From assembly GCA_963727525.1 (NCBI GenBank), contig CAVSGO010000007.1, positions 1,189,393 to 1,253,392 on the forward strand: DNA of 64,000 nucleotides, given 5' to 3'. Below the pieces are notes generated by a model. The model saw nothing but the letters and a program-made list of their open reading frames with translations, was not told the origin of the DNA and searched no databases. Positions 1-9,299 of the stretch are shown one piece after another. A program made the translations under genes and the position numbers. This DNA is from an uncultured bacterium. GTDB lineage: Bacteria > Krumholzibacteriota > Krumholzibacteriia > LZORAL124-64-63. Each line of letters opens with the position of its first letter. Position 1 is the first letter of the stretch.

Positions 1-82
1 CTGAATGGGATCGGTCTACCCCGTCGCGACCGGGCGTTGGGCCGTTGTGTGCGCGGGGGGCGTTCCGTTGCGGAGGGATGAA

Positions 83-1264
83 GTGGATTCGATGTCTTTC
101 GAGATAACTCACTGGGATCGCCTCTGTTGGGCCCGCCTTGGCTTTCTGGTCCTCGGCGGTGTTCTGCTTGCCGCTGGACCCGCGATCGCCAGCACCATCG
201 CCGTTCCGGGCGGAGCCCCGACGATCGGCGCCGCGCTGGCGCAAGCCAGTTCCGGCGACATCATCCTCGTCGCCTGCGGCACCTACTACGAGCACGACCT
301 GCGCGTCCCCTCCGGCGTGTCGCTGTGGAGCGGCACCTTGCAGTCCGCCTGTGCCACGATCGACGCCGGCGGCCGTGGCCGCGTGCTCGTGTGCGAGGCG
401 GCCGATTCCACCACGGCCGTCGTCGGATTCACGCTCACCGGAGGCCGCGCGGAGGGACCGGGCGGCGCCGTGATATGCCGCAACGCCGCGGTGAAGCTCG
501 CCAACTGCACCTTGAGTGCCAACACGGCGACCGAGGGCGGCGCCCTCGCCGTGGTGGGCGCGGTGGGACCGACCGTGGAGAGCTGTCTTTTCGAGAACAA
601 CCAGGCCAGCAACGATGGCGGTGCCGTGTCCTGGCGCGCCGCTGGGCGTGGTGGCTTGCGCAATTGTGAACTGCGGGGCAACGCGGCCCTGCGCGGCGGT
701 GCCATATTCGGCGACGGGTGCGGTGGGTTGCGGCTCGTGAACGTCACCTGCGTCGGCAACGAGGCCGGCAACGCGGGCGGCGCCGCGTATATCAGCAATG
801 CGGCCGGGAGCCTCGAGGACTGCGTCCTCGCCGGCAACTGGGGCGGCATCGGCGGTGGCGCCCTGGTCCTGGCAGCGTCGTCCACCCGCGTCGTCGGGTG
901 CACGCTGGGCGGCAACGAAGCCGAGCCCGACGGCGGGGTCCTGCTCAGCCTGAAAGCCGCGGCCACGCTGGATCACTGCCTCGTGGCCTACAACTCGACG
1001 GCCTCCATCGCGGGCCAGGGTCCGCCTTGGCCGAGCCTCCTGGGTTGCGATCTCTTCGGCAACCGGGGCGGCGACTGGGCCGGCCCACTCGCCAGCATGC
1101 AGAACCAGGCGGGCAACTTTTCTCTCGATCCCCGCTTCTGCGGACAGAGCGAGGGCGACTACAGCCTCCAGGAATCGTCGCCGTGTCTGCCCGGTCGCGC
1201 GCCGCATCATGCGGATCGGCCCGTCGGCGCACGGTCCGTGGGCTGCGCCGACGGCGGGCGGTGA
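83..1264 (+). CDS. Secreted right-handed parallel beta-helix repeat protein (NosD / pectate-lyase-like fold)
   Basis: The ORF in the 5..1264 frame has GGAGGG at 72-77 with an in-frame GTG at 83 (5-nt spacer); an ATG at 92 is the alternative start. An N-terminal signal peptide (LGFLVLGGVLLAAGPAIAS) is followed by many Gly/Ala/Asn-rich repeats of the beta-helix type (...GGAV..N..G..A). Confidence 0.6.
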   Translation: MDSMSFEITHWDRLCWARLGFLVLGGVLLAAGPAIASTIAVPGGAPTIGAALAQASSGDIILVACGTYYEHDLRVPSGVSLWSGTLQSACATIDAGGRGRVLVCEAADSTTAVVGFTLTGGRAEGPGGAVICRNAAVKLANCTLSANTATEGGALAVVGAVGPTVESCLFENNQASNDGGAVSWRAAGRGGLRNCELRGNAALRGGAIFGDGCGGLRLVNVTCVGNEAGNAGGAAYISNAAGSLEDCVLAGNWGGIGGGALVLAASSTRVVGCTLGGNEAEPDGGVLLSLKAAATLDHCLVAYNSTASIAGQGPPWPSLLGCDLFGNRGGDWAGPLASMQNQAGNFSLDPRFCGQSEGDYSLQESSPCLPGRAPHHADRPVGARSVGCADGGR

Positions 1265-1296
1265 CCCACCGACCCGGCCAACCGGGGAGGGACGTC

Positions 1297-3780
1297 GTGC
1301 ATCAGGAGTCGGTCCTTGCGCGGGCCATGCGACGGTTCAGTGTCATGGTGCTGGCGCCACTGCTGTGTCTGCTGTCCATCCCCACTGCGGTGAGCACCAT
1401 CCAGAAGCCTGACCTCGGTCTGCGCATCCACAACCTCGAGGTCGCTGTCGTGGTACCGGGCGGTCCGGCCGATCGTGCCGGCGTGCGCGTGGGCGACCAC
1501 GTCCGTGCCCTCGACGGTCACGTGCTGGCGTTCACGACCGAGTTCTACGCCGTCCAGGCCGCCACCTACAGCCTGCAGCCGCGCATCCTCACGGTCGAAC
1601 GCGGCGGCGTGGTGCGCGACGTGGCACTCGTGCCGCGCCGCGTGTCGCAGCCGCGTCTGGTCTGGGGCCTGAGCATGTGGCTCGCTGGACTTGCGTTCCT
1701 GATGATCGGCTGGTGGGTGCTCACCCGCCGGCACGACGCCGTCGGGCGCAACTTCTTCGGCCTCTGCCTGGTCTTCGCGTTCTTCCTGCTCGACGTCCCG
1801 GATCTGCCCAACGCCACGTACATGACGGTGAAGGATTTCGTGCGCGAGGTCATGCAACTCCTGCTCCCCCTGTTCTTCCTGCGCTTCTTCCGGCTCTTCC
1901 CCACCACGCTGCCCGGTGCCCCCGCGCCGCGCAAGCCGCGGATCCTCATGTTGCCGCCGCTCGTCCTCTTCCTGCTCACCGTGGCGATGTACCTGACCCA
2001 CCAGCGCGAAACCTCGCCGGCTGTGCGCGTGCTGACAGGCATCACGCTGCTCTATTTCGTCGTCTATTTCGTGGCAGGCCTCGTCGCGTTCGCGCGCAAG
2101 GTGTGGCGACGCGACCGGCCCGTGCTGCACTCGAAGCTGCGCGTGATCTTGCTGGGTCTCGTCTGCGGCCTCGTGCCGTTCCTGACGGCTCACCTCATGG
2201 CCGGCCTGCCGGAGCCGCCGATCCCCCACACGGAGTACCTCGGTTTCTCCCTGCTGCTCGTGCCGGCCAGCTTCGCCCTCGCCATCATGCGCTACGGCGC
2301 GCTCGACACGGCCTTCGTCGTACGCATAGGCCTGGTCTACGGCCTCGTGACGCTGGCGATCGTGGCGGCATACGTCGTCGCGGTGGCTGGACTCGGGCAC
2401 CTCATCACACAGACATACGGGCTCGACGAGTTGCCGGTCATGGTGCTCGCCATCGCCGGTTGCAGCCTCGCGGTGCTGCCGCTGCGTCGGGCCATCCAGC
2501 GCTGGGTGGATTCGATGTTCTACCCGGCGCGCCGCGCCGATCGGGAAGCTCTCGCCCGACTCGCGCGAGAGCTGTCCGACCAGATGGATCAAACGGCGGC
2601 CCACGAACTGCTGCTCGCCCGCCTGCACGCACTCTACCGGCCCGGGCACGTCGCCCTCATGCTGGCCGAGAACGATTTCCCGGCGCCGCTGCGCTGCGTG
2701 CACGCCCTCGCTGGCGGCAAGGTGCGGCCGGTCGACTGCGCGCTCGCCCCGGATGGCGCGTTGCCCGGCTTCCTCAACCGCATCCGGCGACCTGTGTACC
2801 GGGAGGAGTACGAGGATGCGCTGCCCGCGCATTCGCACGACGACGAGACCCGCACCGTACTCGACGACCTTGGCGCCGTGCTGCTTGTCCCTCTCGTGAC
2901 GGGCAACGCCCTGCAGGGCATGATCGTGCTCGGGGCCAAGCGCAGCGGCGATCTCTACAGCCAGACCGATCTCACCAACCTCGGCCCCCTTGCCCTGCAG
3001 GCCGCGCCCGCGCTGCGCAGCTTGCGGCTGTATCGCGAGAGCCTGCGCCAGCGCCAGCTCGAGACCGAGCTGGGCGTGGCCCGCGAGATCCAGTCCCAGC
3101 TCCTGCCGACGGCCCCGCTCGACACGGCGCGATTCAGCATCGCCGGCCACATGGAACCGTGCACGGAGATCGGTGGCGACTACTTCGACTACTTCCTCCT
3201 GGACGACGGCACGCTGGGCCTGGCGATCGCCGATGTCGCCGGCAAGGGCATTCCGGCCTCGCTCCTCATGACGACGGTGCGCGTGACGTTCCGCGCCGAA
3301 GCCCTGCCCGGCCGCGCGCCCGACGCGGTGGTGGGGGCCCTGAACCGCAGCCTGTCGCAGCTACTGGCCAGTGACCAATTCGTGAGCTTCTTCTACGGCA
3401 TCTTCGACCCGGAGACCCGGCAGATCACGTACAGCAACGCGGGCATGGATCCGCCACTGCTCCTGCGTGCCGACGGGAGCCGGGAGGTCCTGCGCAAGGG
3501 CGGGCCCGTGCTTGGCGTGGCGCCCGACCACACCTACCGTCGAGGGACGGTCCGTCTGGAGCCCGGCGACCTGCTGCTCGCCTACACCGACGGCATCACC
3601 GAGCAGACGGCCCCCGACGGCGAATTCTTCGACCTGCCCCGCCTCGAGGCCCTCGCCAACCAGGCCCGGAACCTGTCGCCGCGAGATCTCTGTGTCAGGA
3701 TTTTTGGCGCTGTCGCCGCGTTCGGCGGGCCGGAGGCCTCCGACGATGAGACCGCCATGGTCTTGAAATTCCACGGATAA
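1297..3780 (+). CDS. PDZ domain / multi-TM sensor / PP2C-type (SpoIIE/RsbU-like) serine phosphatase
   Basis: GGGGAGGG at 1284-1291 with GTG at 1297 (an ATG at 1327 is also in frame). There is a signal/TM segment, a PDZ-like region (GLRIHNLEVAVVVPGGPADRAGVRVGDHVRALDG), about 8 TM helices and a C-terminal PP2C domain (IAGHMEPCTEIGGDYFDY...AIADVAGKGIPASL...AYTDGITE). The 718..1296 N-terminal extension in the ORF track is a high-GC artefact. Confidence 0.75.
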   Translation: MHQESVLARAMRRFSVMVLAPLLCLLSIPTAVSTIQKPDLGLRIHNLEVAVVVPGGPADRAGVRVGDHVRALDGHVLAFTTEFYAVQAATYSLQPRILTVERGGVVRDVALVPRRVSQPRLVWGLSMWLAGLAFLMIGWWVLTRRHDAVGRNFFGLCLVFAFFLLDVPDLPNATYMTVKDFVREVMQLLLPLFFLRFFRLFPTTLPGAPAPRKPRILMLPPLVLFLLTVAMYLTHQRETSPAVRVLTGITLLYFVVYFVAGLVAFARKVWRRDRPVLHSKLRVILLGLVCGLVPFLTAHLMAGLPEPPIPHTEYLGFSLLLVPASFALAIMRYGALDTAFVVRIGLVYGLVTLAIVAAYVVAVAGLGHLITQTYGLDELPVMVLAIAGCSLAVLPLRRAIQRWVDSMFYPARRADREALARLARELSDQMDQTAAHELLLARLHALYRPGHVALMLAENDFPAPLRCVHALAGGKVRPVDCALAPDGALPGFLNRIRRPVYREEYEDALPAHSHDDETRTVLDDLGAVLLVPLVTGNALQGMIVLGAKRSGDLYSQTDLTNLGPLALQAAPALRSLRLYRESLRQRQLETELGVAREIQSQLLPTAPLDTARFSIAGHMEPCTEIGGDYFDYFLLDDGTLGLAIADVAGKGIPASLLMTTVRVTFRAEALPGRAPDAVVGALNRSLSQLLASDQFVSFFYGIFDPETRQITYSNAGMDPPLLLRADGSREVLRKGGPVLGVAPDHTYRRGTVRLEPGDLLLAYTDGITEQTAPDGEFFDLPRLEALANQARNLSPRDLCVRIFGAVAAFGGPEASDDETAMVLKFHG

Positions 3781-3919
3781 GAACGGCTAAAGAAAAACCG
3801 GCCCCGGACTTGCTTCAGAATTGTCGGCCGTTCAGTCCGGGATCAAGTCCCGGCCCGGATTGCCGATGACATCGATACGTCCGAAACCGAGGACCCTAGC
3901 CCAGGAAAGGGGGAGAGAG

Positions 3920-3985
3920 ATGGACGGCGACACCATCGTGATCGTACTCATGCTCATCGATCTCTTCTGGTGGTTGAGACGATGA
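3920..3985 (+). CDS. Hypothetical 21-aa hydrophobic peptide (MDGDTIVIVLMLIDLFWWLRR)
   Basis: A strong SD-like run AGGAAAGGGGGAGAGAG lies immediately upstream of the ATG at 3920. The peptide is a single hydrophobic helix with a basic C-terminus and sits in a low-GC (about 52%) intergenic island. Too short to assess by composition. Confidence 0.25.
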   Translation: MDGDTIVIVLMLIDLFWWLRR

Positions 3986-4000
3986 TCCCAGCAGCCTGCT

Positions 4001-4047
4001 AGTCCCTAGTCGGGCCTCGCTCGCCGGCTAGGGACTTCCTCTGTTCC
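4001..4047 (+). terminator. Hairpin plus T/C-rich tail between convergent genes (putative terminator)
   Basis: Imperfect inverted repeat AGTCCCTAGtCGG (4001-4013) / CCGgCTAGGGACT (4024-4036) with a 10-nt loop, followed by TCCTCTGTTCC. It lies between the 3' ends of the phosphatase gene and the small ORF on the plus strand and tlpA on the minus strand. Confidence 0.35.
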
Positions 4048-4052
4048 GCCGC

Positions 4053-4592
4053 TCAGATTGCGAGCACCTGCTTCACTTCCTTCTCGTACGTCTCCTTCGC
4101 ATTCAATCCCACCCACGCCTTCACGACCGTACCCTGCGGATCGATGAGATACGTGGTCGGAATGCTCTGGACGTTGCCATACGCGGCCGCCACCTCGGGT
4201 CCGCGCGGATCGGCGAGCACCGTGAACGTGAGCCCCATCTTGTCGACGAAGGCCGGCACCACGGCGGCCGGATTCTGATCGAGGGACACGGCCAGGACGA
4301 CGAGCTTATCGGCGTACTCCTCGCTCAGATCCTGCAGATGCGGCATCGACGCCCGGCAGGGCGGACACCAGGTCGCCCAGAAGTCGACGATGACGGCCTT
4401 GCCGCGGTAGTCGCTCAGCGACACGGCCTTGCCCGCCACATCCTTGAGCGTGAAATCGGGCGCCAGCTTCCCGATGCCGAACCCGCCGGTGGCCGCCATC
4501 GCCTTGTCGGCGGTACCGGAGTCCTTCTCGCCGCCGCAGCCGGCGACGACGAGCAACGCGCAGAAGGCCAGCAGGGTGAACTTGCGGGTCAC
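4053..4592 (-). CDS. TlpA/ResA-like thiol-disulfide oxidoreductase lipoprotein (thioredoxin fold)
   Basis: WCPPC active site in the context FWATWCPPCRASMP. AAGGA RBS 7 nt upstream of GTG at 4592, giving an N-terminus VTRKFTLLAFCALLVVAGCGG with a lipobox. The ORF-track start at 4658 lacks an RBS. Confidence 0.8.
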   Translation of the reverse strand: MTRKFTLLAFCALLVVAGCGGEKDSGTADKAMAATGGFGIGKLAPDFTLKDVAGKAVSLSDYRGKAVIVDFWATWCPPCRASMPHLQDLSEEYADKLVVLAVSLDQNPAAVVPAFVDKMGLTFTVLADPRGPEVAAAYGNVQSIPTTYLIDPQGTVVKAWVGLNAKETYEKEVKQVLAI

Positions 4593-4751
4593 GATTCGGT
4601 CCTTTCCATCGGGGGTCCAGGGATTCGCCACGGGGCCGGAACTCTTGCCATACCACACAAGTTCATTTGGCCCGTCGTCCCTCTATGGTATACCTTGGCG
4701 CGAGCATCCGAAAGGTCTCGCTCGCAGTCCCCGCCGGAAAGGACAGCCCCG

Positions 4752-6542
4752 ATGCCCCCGCATCCGAAGCCTCGCTGGTCCCGAATCGCGATCCTCGGCC
4801 TGACCCTCCTCGCAGCTGTCGGATCCCGATCCGTCCTGGCCGCCGACCTCGATGTGACGCCTCGCGACGAGACGGTGATGATCGGGCAGGATCTCATCCT
4901 GGAATTCCGCCTTCCCGACGGGGCCGTGGTGCCGGCCACCGACCTCGAGATCGTGGTCTCGGGCGAGAACACCGATGATATCCTCGCCTCCGCCTATCCG
5001 GTGAAGGATCTTGGCGGCGGCCGCTACGAGTTCGCGTCGCCCACCATGGCCGACGCCGCTCCGGGCACGTACCCGCTGACGCTCACCGTCCGCTACCCGG
5101 GCAGCGACGGCCCGCAAGAGGCGAACTGGACCGGCGACGTGGTGCTCGACTTCGGCGGCAAGTGGACGAGCGCGCGCATCACGTGGTTCATCGCCAACAA
5201 GGGTCTGCCGCTGTTCTTGCTCGTGGTGTTCGGGTTCGGCGTGCTCATGAGCTTCACGCCCTGCATCTATCCGATGATCCCGATCACCCTCGCCGTCATC
5301 GGCGCGCAGAGTACCGACAAGGGCCTGGTCAAGGGCTTCCTGATCGCCCTCACCTACGGTCTGGGACTGGCCATCGTCTACGCGGTGATCGGCGCCGTCA
5401 GCGCCACGGTGTTCAGCGGCATCACCGCCTTCTTGCAGAGTCCCGTGGTGCTCATTCCCATCGCGGTGCTCATGATCACGCTCAGCTTCGCGATGTTCGG
5501 CGCCTACGAATTGCAGGCTCCGGCGTTCCTGCGCGATCGCCTCACCGGCCCCGGCGGCAACCGCGCCGGAGTGGCGGGCGCGTTCGTCATGGGCATGGTC
5601 GCCGGCCTCGTGGCCTCGCCCTGCGTGGGACCGTTCCTCGGCGCCCTGCTCCTGTGGGTGGGCACGACGGGCAGCGTGTTTCTGGGCTTCTGGACGCTCT
5701 TCGTCTTCGGCCTCGGTCTCAGCCTGCTGCTGGTGATGGTGGGCACCTTCCCCGCCGCTATGGGCTCGCTGCCGCAGAGCGGCGGCTGGATGGACACCGT
5801 CAAGAGAGGCATGGGACTGCTCCTGCTCTACATGGCGTTCTTCTTCCTGCGCCCGGGCATGGTGCTACCCGCCGGGATCTTCTACCCCCTGCTCGGCATC
5901 GTGACCATCATCGTCGCCACGTTCCTGGGTGCATTCGATCGCCTGGGCGAGACCAGCACCTGGTGGGACCGCACGCGCAAGGCCCTGGGTCTCGTGGCCC
6001 TCGCCGCCGGCATGTGGCTGCTCGTGGGATCCTGGATCCAGCACGGCTGGTTGCTGCCCCCGCTCAAGGGCGAGCCCGTCATCGTCACCGAGGCGGGCGA
6101 CGCCGGCCTCCGCGACGCGATGACCACCGCCCCACTGCGGACCACCGCGCCGGCCGCGATGGAGCCGGAGGTGCCCTTCCAGAAGGTCCAGACCGGTGAA
6201 CAGGTACAGGCCTTCCTCGACACACAGATCGCGGAAGCCAAGCGTACCGGCCAGCCCATCGTCATCGACTTCTGGGCCACGTGGTGCAAGATCTGCCACG
6301 AGCTGGACGAGAAGGTCTGGGTGGATCCCGCGGTGATCCAGGAGAGCCAGCGCTACCATTGCCTGAAGGTCGACTGCACCGACATGGACGACGAGATGGA
6401 AGCCATCTGGGACCGGTTCAACATTAGCGGACTGCCGACTGTCGCGTTCATCGACAGCCGTGGCGAGATCCTGCACGGCCGCACGGTACGGGGCTTCAAG
6501 TCGGCTCCCGACATGGCGGCGTTGATGGCGTCGATCCGCTGA
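4752..6542 (+). CDS. dsbD: Thiol:disulfide interchange protein DsbD (N-terminal domain, CcdA-like TM core, C-terminal thioredoxin)
   Basis: Signal peptide MPPHPKPRWSRIAILGLTLLAAVGS, an 8-TM CcdA-like core with conserved Cys (FTPCIYPMIPI, ASPCVGPF) and a C-terminal thioredoxin domain with WCKIC. GGAAAGGA RBS upstream of ATG at 4752. Divergent from tlpA. Confidence 0.85.
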   Translation: MPPHPKPRWSRIAILGLTLLAAVGSRSVLAADLDVTPRDETVMIGQDLILEFRLPDGAVVPATDLEIVVSGENTDDILASAYPVKDLGGGRYEFASPTMADAAPGTYPLTLTVRYPGSDGPQEANWTGDVVLDFGGKWTSARITWFIANKGLPLFLLVVFGFGVLMSFTPCIYPMIPITLAVIGAQSTDKGLVKGFLIALTYGLGLAIVYAVIGAVSATVFSGITAFLQSPVVLIPIAVLMITLSFAMFGAYELQAPAFLRDRLTGPGGNRAGVAGAFVMGMVAGLVASPCVGPFLGALLLWVGTTGSVFLGFWTLFVFGLGLSLLLVMVGTFPAAMGSLPQSGGWMDTVKRGMGLLLLYMAFFFLRPGMVLPAGIFYPLLGIVTIIVATFLGAFDRLGETSTWWDRTRKALGLVALAAGMWLLVGSWIQHGWLLPPLKGEPVIVTEAGDAGLRDAMTTAPLRTTAPAAMEPEVPFQKVQTGEQVQAFLDTQIAEAKRTGQPIVIDFWATWCKICHELDEKVWVDPAVIQESQRYHCLKVDCTDMDDEMEAIWDRFNISGLPTVAFIDSRGEILHGRTVRGFKSAPDMAALMASIR

Positions 6543-6550
6543 GCGCGCGG

Positions 6551-7345
6551 TTACTGGAAACGCTTCTCGTTGCGGTAGTCGATGTCGAAGACGCGTAGCG
6601 GCAGGCCGTCGCTCTCGGTGAGCACCTCGAGGATGCCGTCGCCATCGATGTCGAGCAGCTGCACGCGGTTGCCGAACGCCTCGTCTTCCCACTTCACGGC
6701 CCCCGAACCGGAGTCCAGGATCTGGCCGGTGTTCAGCACCAGTTCGGGGCGGCCGTCGCCGTCGACGTCGCCCACGACGAGGCGCGTGGCGTCGTAGTCC
6801 TGAAGGCTCGTCCAGTCGCGCGAGAAGCTCTGGCCGTCCACGTAATTCAGCTTGTGGTCGGCAAGCAGCACGATCTCCGCCTGCGGATCCTGGTCGACGT
6901 TGGCCACGGCGAACGCCTGGATCTGCTGGTAGTCGTTGGACAGCGATTCGAAGAGCAGCTGGAAACCGTCGAGCGACCACACGTAGAGTCGCCCACCCGA
7001 GGTGCGTGCCACGATCGCGTCGTCGAGGCCGTCGCCGCTGAGGTCGACGCAGAGCACCTCGTCGGCGTTGCCGGCGAGCTGGCGACTCTTCCACACCGGC
7101 TTGCTCTCGCCGTCGGGTTGCAGGGCGAACACGTCGACTTTGCCGTAGCGGTCGCCCACCACGATGTTCATGCCCGCTTCTCCGGACAGCGGCTCGAACA
7201 TGGCCACGTGCTTGAGCCGCGCCGACGTCTCGGCGATGGCGCGGTACTGATCGTAAGAGAGTTCGTCCTGCGCGGCGGCGAGCGAGGCCGCCATAAGCAG
7301 GACCGGGACCAGCAGGCGCCAGCAGTTGCAGCGAGTCGGGTTCAT
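6551..7345 (-). CDS. Secreted FG-GAP/VCBS repeat protein
   Basis: Signal peptide and repeated DxDGDG motifs (VDLSGDGLDD, VANVDQDPQAEI, VGDVDGDGRPEL, LLDIDGDGILEV) typical of FG-GAP beta-propeller blades. Confidence 0.7.
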   Translation of the reverse strand: MNPTRCNCWRLLVPVLLMAASLAAAQDELSYDQYRAIAETSARLKHVAMFEPLSGEAGMNIVVGDRYGKVDVFALQPDGESKPVWKSRQLAGNADEVLCVDLSGDGLDDAIVARTSGGRLYVWSLDGFQLLFESLSNDYQQIQAFAVANVDQDPQAEIVLLADHKLNYVDGQSFSRDWTSLQDYDATRLVVGDVDGDGRPELVLNTGQILDSGSGAVKWEDEAFGNRVQLLDIDGDGILEVLTESDGLPLRVFDIDYRNEKRFQ

Positions 7346-7461
7346 GTCTCTTCCTCACGGAGTCGGGACAGCGGTGCAGGGGATGCCCCTGACGATACTG
7401 CCGCCGGCCGGAATCGACCAGGACGTTGTCTCAGGCGCGTGGGATCGCTAAACTCCCACAG

Positions 7462-8085
7462 ATGGACGACGCCTACCTCACGCTCGCCGGGCCGGCCGAG
7501 GCCGAGATCCGTATCCAGCGCTCGCGGTTCCTCGCGCTGGCCGCGCCGGCCGCTGACGAGGCCACGGCCCGTGCCGCTGTCACCGCGATGCAGCAGCGCT
7601 ACCACGACTGCCGTCACGTCTGCCACGCCTGGCGGCTCGGCCGGGCCACCCATACCATCGAGGCCCGCCAGGACGCCGGAGAACCGGCGGGCACGGCCGG
7701 CGAGCCGATCCTCGTGGCGATCCGCCAGGCTGACCTGGTGGACACCGTCGTCGTGGTGGCGCGCTATTTCGGGGGCATCAAGCTGGGCACCGGCGGCCTC
7801 GCCCGCGCGTATGGCGACGCCGCCCAGGGTGCGCTCACGGCCGCACCACGCCGCGAGGTGCGCCTCGGCCGCATGGCCGCCCTGGCGTTCGGCTACGCCT
7901 GGCAACGCACGGTCGGACACGTCCTGGAGCAATGCGGCGGCCACTGCGTCGGCGAGGAATACGGGGCGGACGTCCGCTGGCGGGTATGGCTGCCCCTGGC
8001 CACGGTGGACGCATTCACGACCGCCGTGTGCGAAGCCACGGCCGGCGCCGTGGCCGCGGCCTGGCATGACGAAGGCCCCGCCTGA
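7462..8085 (+). CDS. yigZ: YigZ / IMPACT family protein (UPF0029)
   Basis: IMPACT N-domain signatures: IQRSRFLA, CHAWR, DDGEPAGTAGEPIL and VVVVARYFGGIKLGTGGLARAY. Confidence 0.8.
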   Translation: MDDAYLTLAGPAEAEIRIQRSRFLALAAPAADEATARAAVTAMQQRYHDCRHVCHAWRLGRATHTIEARQDAGEPAGTAGEPILVAIRQADLVDTVVVVARYFGGIKLGTGGLARAYGDAAQGALTAAPRREVRLGRMAALAFGYAWQRTVGHVLEQCGGHCVGEEYGADVRWRVWLPLATVDAFTTAVCEATAGAVAAAWHDEGPA

Positions 8086-8125
8086 GCGGGGCCCTCGCGC
8101 GACGCGGTCAAGAGGTGCGGGTGTC

Positions 8126-9007
8126 CTAGCTCGCTTCCGCGTAATCCTGCATGTACCGGAACGTCTTGCTCGACCGGATCTTCTCGAACGCCTCTTCCTT
8201 GATCTGACGGATCCGCTCGCGCGTCAGTCCCATGATCTGGCCGATCTCCTCGAGCGTCATCTCGCGCTCGCTGCCGAGGCCGTAGTACAGGCGCAGAACC
8301 TTCGCCTCGCGCTCCTTGAGGTCGCCGAGCATGCGGTGGATCGAGCTGTGCAGGTCGTCCTCCAGCACCTGGGCGTCGGGACCGGCGCTCGTGGTGTCCT
8401 CGAGGAAGTCGAGGTACGTACTGTCCTCGTCATTGCCGACGAAGTCGTCGAGGAAGAAGTTGTCCTGCATGAGCGGCAAGGTGTCCTTCACTTCGTCCAC
8501 CGAGAGCTTCAGCTCCGCCGCGATCTCCTCGGGCTCCGGCTTGCGGCGCAGGCGCTGCTGCAGCTCGCCGCTGACCTTCTTGATCTGGTTCAGCACGCGC
8601 GCGCGATTCAGGGGCATGCGCACGATCTTGCTGTGGTTCGCCAGTGCCGCGAGAATCGACTGGCGGATCCACCACACGGCGTAGCTGATGAACTTGTAGC
8701 CGCGCGTCTCGTCGAAGCGCTGGGCCGCCTTCAGCAATCCGAGGTTGCCCTCGTTGATCAGATCCTCCAGGGGCACGCCGTAGTGCGCGTATTCTTTCGC
8801 GATCGAGACCACGAAGCGCAGGTTCGCCTTCACCAATCTATGCAGCGCGGCCGCGTCGTTCCCGTGAATGCCGCGGGCGAGTTCGCACTCCTCCTCGCGG
8901 GTCAGCAACTGGTACGCCTTCACTTCCTGGAAGTAGAGGTCGAGGTTGCTCATCAGCTGGTTGGTGGCACCGCTTTGCTTCTCACTGAATTTCTTCACGT
9001 TGGCCAT
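8126..9007 (-). CDS. RNA polymerase sigma factor, sigma-70 family (RpoD/RpoS-like, no region 1.1)
   Basis: Region 2 (LRFVVSIAKEY...DLINEGNLGLLKAAQRFD...KFISYAVWWIRQSI), region 3 and region 4 HTH (TLEEIGQIMGLTRERIRQIKEEAFEKIR). The gene has noticeably lower GC than its neighbours. Confidence 0.85.
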   Translation of the reverse strand: MANVKKFSEKQSGATNQLMSNLDLYFQEVKAYQLLTREEECELARGIHGNDAAALHRLVKANLRFVVSIAKEYAHYGVPLEDLINEGNLGLLKAAQRFDETRGYKFISYAVWWIRQSILAALANHSKIVRMPLNRARVLNQIKKVSGELQQRLRRKPEPEEIAAELKLSVDEVKDTLPLMQDNFFLDDFVGNDEDSTYLDFLEDTTSAGPDAQVLEDDLHSSIHRMLGDLKEREAKVLRLYYGLGSEREMTLEEIGQIMGLTRERIRQIKEEAFEKIRSSKTFRYMQDYAEAS

Positions 9008-9299
9008 GGATCACCTCGTCAGCCCGGGGTCGCGTGGGGTTCATTGGGTCTTTGTTGTTTTCCTTACTAACAAGATCCGGACCACTTGGATGGGTTTCCG
9101 AGAACTCCAGGCGGAATTTGAAGCTGTTATTATTCAATGACTTACAACGTCGACCGAACACCTCTCGCCTGGCAATACATGAGATCAATCGTCCAGCTAT
9201 GCCATATTGTCAAAATGGCGTCAATTCGGGGGTCAGTTTGTCAAAGTGATCGCACCTTTCGCGCTGGTCTACGCCGGGCCCGATGACTAGACTTCCGGC

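Noticed and set aside
718-1296. 5' extension of the phosphatase ORF back to 718, overlapping the beta-helix gene
   Set aside because: It overlaps the C-terminal half of the upstream beta-helix gene in another frame. A canonical RBS and GTG at 1297 sit just after that gene's stop.
1207-3150. 647-aa minus-strand ORF antisense to the PDZ-PP2C phosphatase gene
   Set aside because: Its composition is extremely Arg/Ala/Gly/His-rich, it has no recognisable domains, and it is fully overlapped by a well-supported gene on the other strand. This is a typical long antisense ORF of 70% GC DNA.
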